Of a DNA stretch of 64,000 nt, positions 62,023-64,000 are shown in pieces. The number at the start of each line of letters is the position of its first letter. Position 1 is the stretch's first letter. The DNA comes from an uncultured Chloroflexia bacterium (GTDB taxonomy: Bacteria; Chloroflexota; Anaerolineae; J036; Brachytrichaceae). The translations under genes were made by a program, and so were the position numbers. Below the pieces are notes generated by a model. That model worked only from the letters and a program-made list of their open reading frames with translations, had not been told where the DNA came from and ran no database searches. Location of the stretch: NCBI GenBank assembly GCA_963764985.1, contig CAVXUI010000005.1:145569-209568 (forward strand). Direction: 5' to 3'.

Positions 62023-63146
62023 CACAAAAACATCGCCGCCGCGACACGCGCACCCACCACATTCAGCGGCCGCGCCTCGGACGGCTTGGCCGCGATGGGC
62101 AGGCTGCGGGTGGTGCTGACGACGAGGTCGCCAGTCATGGTGAGCATGAGCGTGGCCGTGGTTTGGCTTTGCAGCGCGCACGTCAGTGCGACAAAGTTCT
62201 TGATGAGCGGTTGCGATTTTGCGCCGGGCTTTTTGTGCGCTGGCAGGCCGGCGGTGGCGACCACGAATTGCGCACCGTCCGCGCCGACAAATTGCACCGC
62301 GTCATCGGCATTGATGCTGGGCAGAATGAGGGCGGCGACCACATCGTCGTCCTGCTCACGCGACACGCAAAACGCGCCGGACGATTCGACCAGCTTCAAC
62401 GGAAAGCGCACCCAGCGCCCGAGCCGCGTCAGCAGCAGCAGATCTTCCGCACCGCCGTCGGACGCACCCAGCCAGACCGGCGCGTCGGTGTGCTCACCCG
62501 GCGTAATCTGCTGACCCGACGCCAGCATATTCTCGACCACGCCCCAGGGCAGCGCCCGGCACCAGCCCTGTCGCGTCACCACGACCAGCTGTGCCGGCGG
62601 CGCAAACTCGTCGACAACGCAGACGGCTTCGACTTGCTCCAGCTTCATCAATCCGAGCGCGCTGGCGCGGGCGGCGTCCTGCCAATCCATGCGCGCGCTG
62701 AGACGAATGCCGAGCCCGTTGAGCGACACCAGCCGGAAGGTCGACGTCATCGCCAGCAAGCCACCCAGCCGCGTAGTCGCGGCCATATACAGCGGGCGCA
62801 GCTCGCGCACGCCGCGGTCTTCGGCCGTGACGAGTTTGAGCGTCTGATCCATTGACGCCACGCCGGGCAGCAGCAGCGCGTCGCCGGTACCGGTCAGCAG
62901 CGCCAGCACATCACCATCCAGATTGCGTTTGCGCGCATACAGCCGCAGGTCGCGCAGATCGTTGCGGGCGCGGCTGAGCTGGGCCGGCGACGCGCCGCTG
63001 CCGCTGCGTTTGAGAAACGCAGTCTCGGCGCGCAGCGCGTCGCTGTTGCGCTGCAGCGTCTGCGTGCGCGCGTGCAGCTCGGCGATCAGCAGGTGCGCGG
63101 CCGCCAGATCCGGCGCGGCCTCGAGCAATTCTTCAAGCGTGACCAT
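62022..63146 (-). CDS. Hypothetical protein with an N-terminal coiled coil and a GyrA-C-terminal-like beta-pinwheel repeat region
   Basis: Intact 374 aa. Helical N-terminus (LLIAELHARTQTLQRNSDALRAETAFLKR). Blade-like segments follow: QLVVVTRQGWCRALPWG, LLLLTRLGRWVRFPL, VQFVGADGAQFVVAT, LMLTMTGDLVVSTT. The fold assignment comes from pattern recognition only. Confidence 0.4.
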   Translation of the reverse strand: MVTLEELLEAAPDLAAAHLLIAELHARTQTLQRNSDALRAETAFLKRSGSGASPAQLSRARNDLRDLRLYARKRNLDGDVLALLTGTGDALLLPGVASMDQTLKLVTAEDRGVRELRPLYMAATTRLGGLLAMTSTFRLVSLNGLGIRLSARMDWQDAARASALGLMKLEQVEAVCVVDEFAPPAQLVVVTRQGWCRALPWGVVENMLASGQQITPGEHTDAPVWLGASDGGAEDLLLLTRLGRWVRFPLKLVESSGAFCVSREQDDDVVAALILPSINADDAVQFVGADGAQFVVATAGLPAHKKPGAKSQPLIKNFVALTCALQSQTTATLMLTMTGDLVVSTTRSLPIAAKPSEARPLNVVGARVAAAMFL

Positions 63147-63152
63147 GGTGCA

Positions 63153-64000
63153 TCAAGCGGGAACAGCCGCCTCGTGCTGTGTCGGTTTGATCTCGCTCAC
63201 CGATTGGGTTTTATAGAACAGGCCACCCTTCGTGGCATAGGCGCGCGCGTTGCCGCGCGCGTCCATCAACAGCACGCGCACCCAATGATCGACGGTCACC
63301 AGCGGTTGCATCTCGCGAGTCACGTCGAAGCCGGCTGCATCGATGTCCATTCCAAAACGCAAATTCGAAATCGCGCGGCTGGCGGCGCCGGTTCTGATCG
63401 TGAGCTCGCCCAGCCCCATGCACGAGGCCGCGCCGTAACGATCATCGACATAGTTGCCCGCGCCGATGATCGGCGAATCGCCGGCCCGGCCGGGATACTT
63501 CCACGCCACACCCGAGGTGGTGACTGCGTTGACGATGTGGCCGCTCGCATCGCGCACGGTCACGTTCATGGTGTCGCTGCTCTCGCGCATCGTAAAGGCG
63601 CGATTGGTTAACTCTATCAGCGCCGCGCGCGGTGCGTTGGCATCCTGCAGGATGTCGATGTCGGCATCGGACAGCCCAAGTGCGCGCATGCGGGCGATCC
63701 AGATCGTGTGCGCCTTATCGGTCAGCATCACGCGCCGTTCTGCGCCAATCTCTTCGCCAAAGCGCTCCGCGCCCGCGCCGACCAGCAGCACATGCGGGAG
63801 CTGTTCCATCACCGCGCGCGCCAGTTGAATCGGGTGCCGAAAGTTGCGCACGCCGGCGACCGCGCCTGCGCGCAGGTGACGGCCCTCCATAAACGAAGCG
63901 TCGAGTTCGACCTCGCCGAGCAGATTGGGCAGGCCGGAGAAGCCCACGCTGGTGTCGTCGGCATCGTCTTCCACATCGCGCGCGACCTGCTCAGCCACGT
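63153..64000 (-). CDS. Asparaginase-2 / glycosylasparaginase-family Ntn hydrolase (N-terminus lies outside the window)
   Basis: GAVAGVRNFRHPIQLARAVM, DTMNVTV (autoprocessing Thr region), TTSGVAWKYPGRAGDSPIIGAGNYVD. The ORF is open to the window edge. Confidence 0.7.
   Translation of the reverse strand, partial: VAEQVARDVEDDADDTSVGFSGLPNLLGEVELDASFMEGRHLRAGAVAGVRNFRHPIQLARAVMEQLPHVLLVGAGAERFGEEIGAERRVMLTDKAHTIWIARMRALGLSDADIDILQDANAPRAALIELTNRAFTMRESSDTMNVTVRDASGHIVNAVTTSGVAWKYPGRAGDSPIIGAGNYVDDRYGAASCMGLGELTIRTGAASRAISNLRFGMDIDAAGFDVTREMQPLVTVDHWVRVLLMDARGNARAYATKGGLFYKTQSVSEIKPTQHEAAVPA

Overview
High-GC (above 60% by eye, not computed) bacterial chromosomal segment with about 55 protein genes. 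I found no rRNA, tRNA or CRISPR. The gene content (a DnaB / DnaD-like / DnaC-like loader trio, mreBCD-pbp2, an LCP protein, a GxxExxY remnant) suggests a Chloroflexota-type genome, but that is an unverified inference.

Gene order:
- Rhamnose catabolism: rhaI, rhaEW, rhaB.
- A tightly packed lacI-iolB-transaldolase-iolD operon.
- dnaB plus loader genes.
- argH.
- A B12-binding radical SAM gene.
- An IscA-like gene, a TPR protein, ndk, gltX.
- A secreted S8 protease, queG, glcDE.
- A decayed ISAzo13-like IS.
- PrsW-like and trypsin-like proteases.
- ccmAB, proC, mreBCD-mrdA.
- An envelope polysaccharide cluster: LCP, a kinase-dead BY-kinase homolog, two Wzz genes, manC, and an ECF sigma/anti-sigma pair.
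- dprA, rimM, a KH protein, rpsP, ffh.
- Hydrolases.
- A YegD-like Hsp70 next to a beta-pinwheel-like protein.
- A partial asparaginase-family gene.

Two patterns run across the whole window.
1. Many recognisable genes, including essential ones, are broken by +/-1 frame shifts. These are most likely consensus indel errors, so I do not call those genes pseudogenes.
2. There are many long intergenic hairpins whose arms are tandem arrays of short units: 7-nt GARTCCA, 9-nt GTGCWTAAR, 9-nt CACAGATTK and a 16-nt unit. They often sit flush against stop and start codons and share AGAAG/CTTCT-type outer clamps. I do not recognise this family, and I consider it the most unusual signal in the window.
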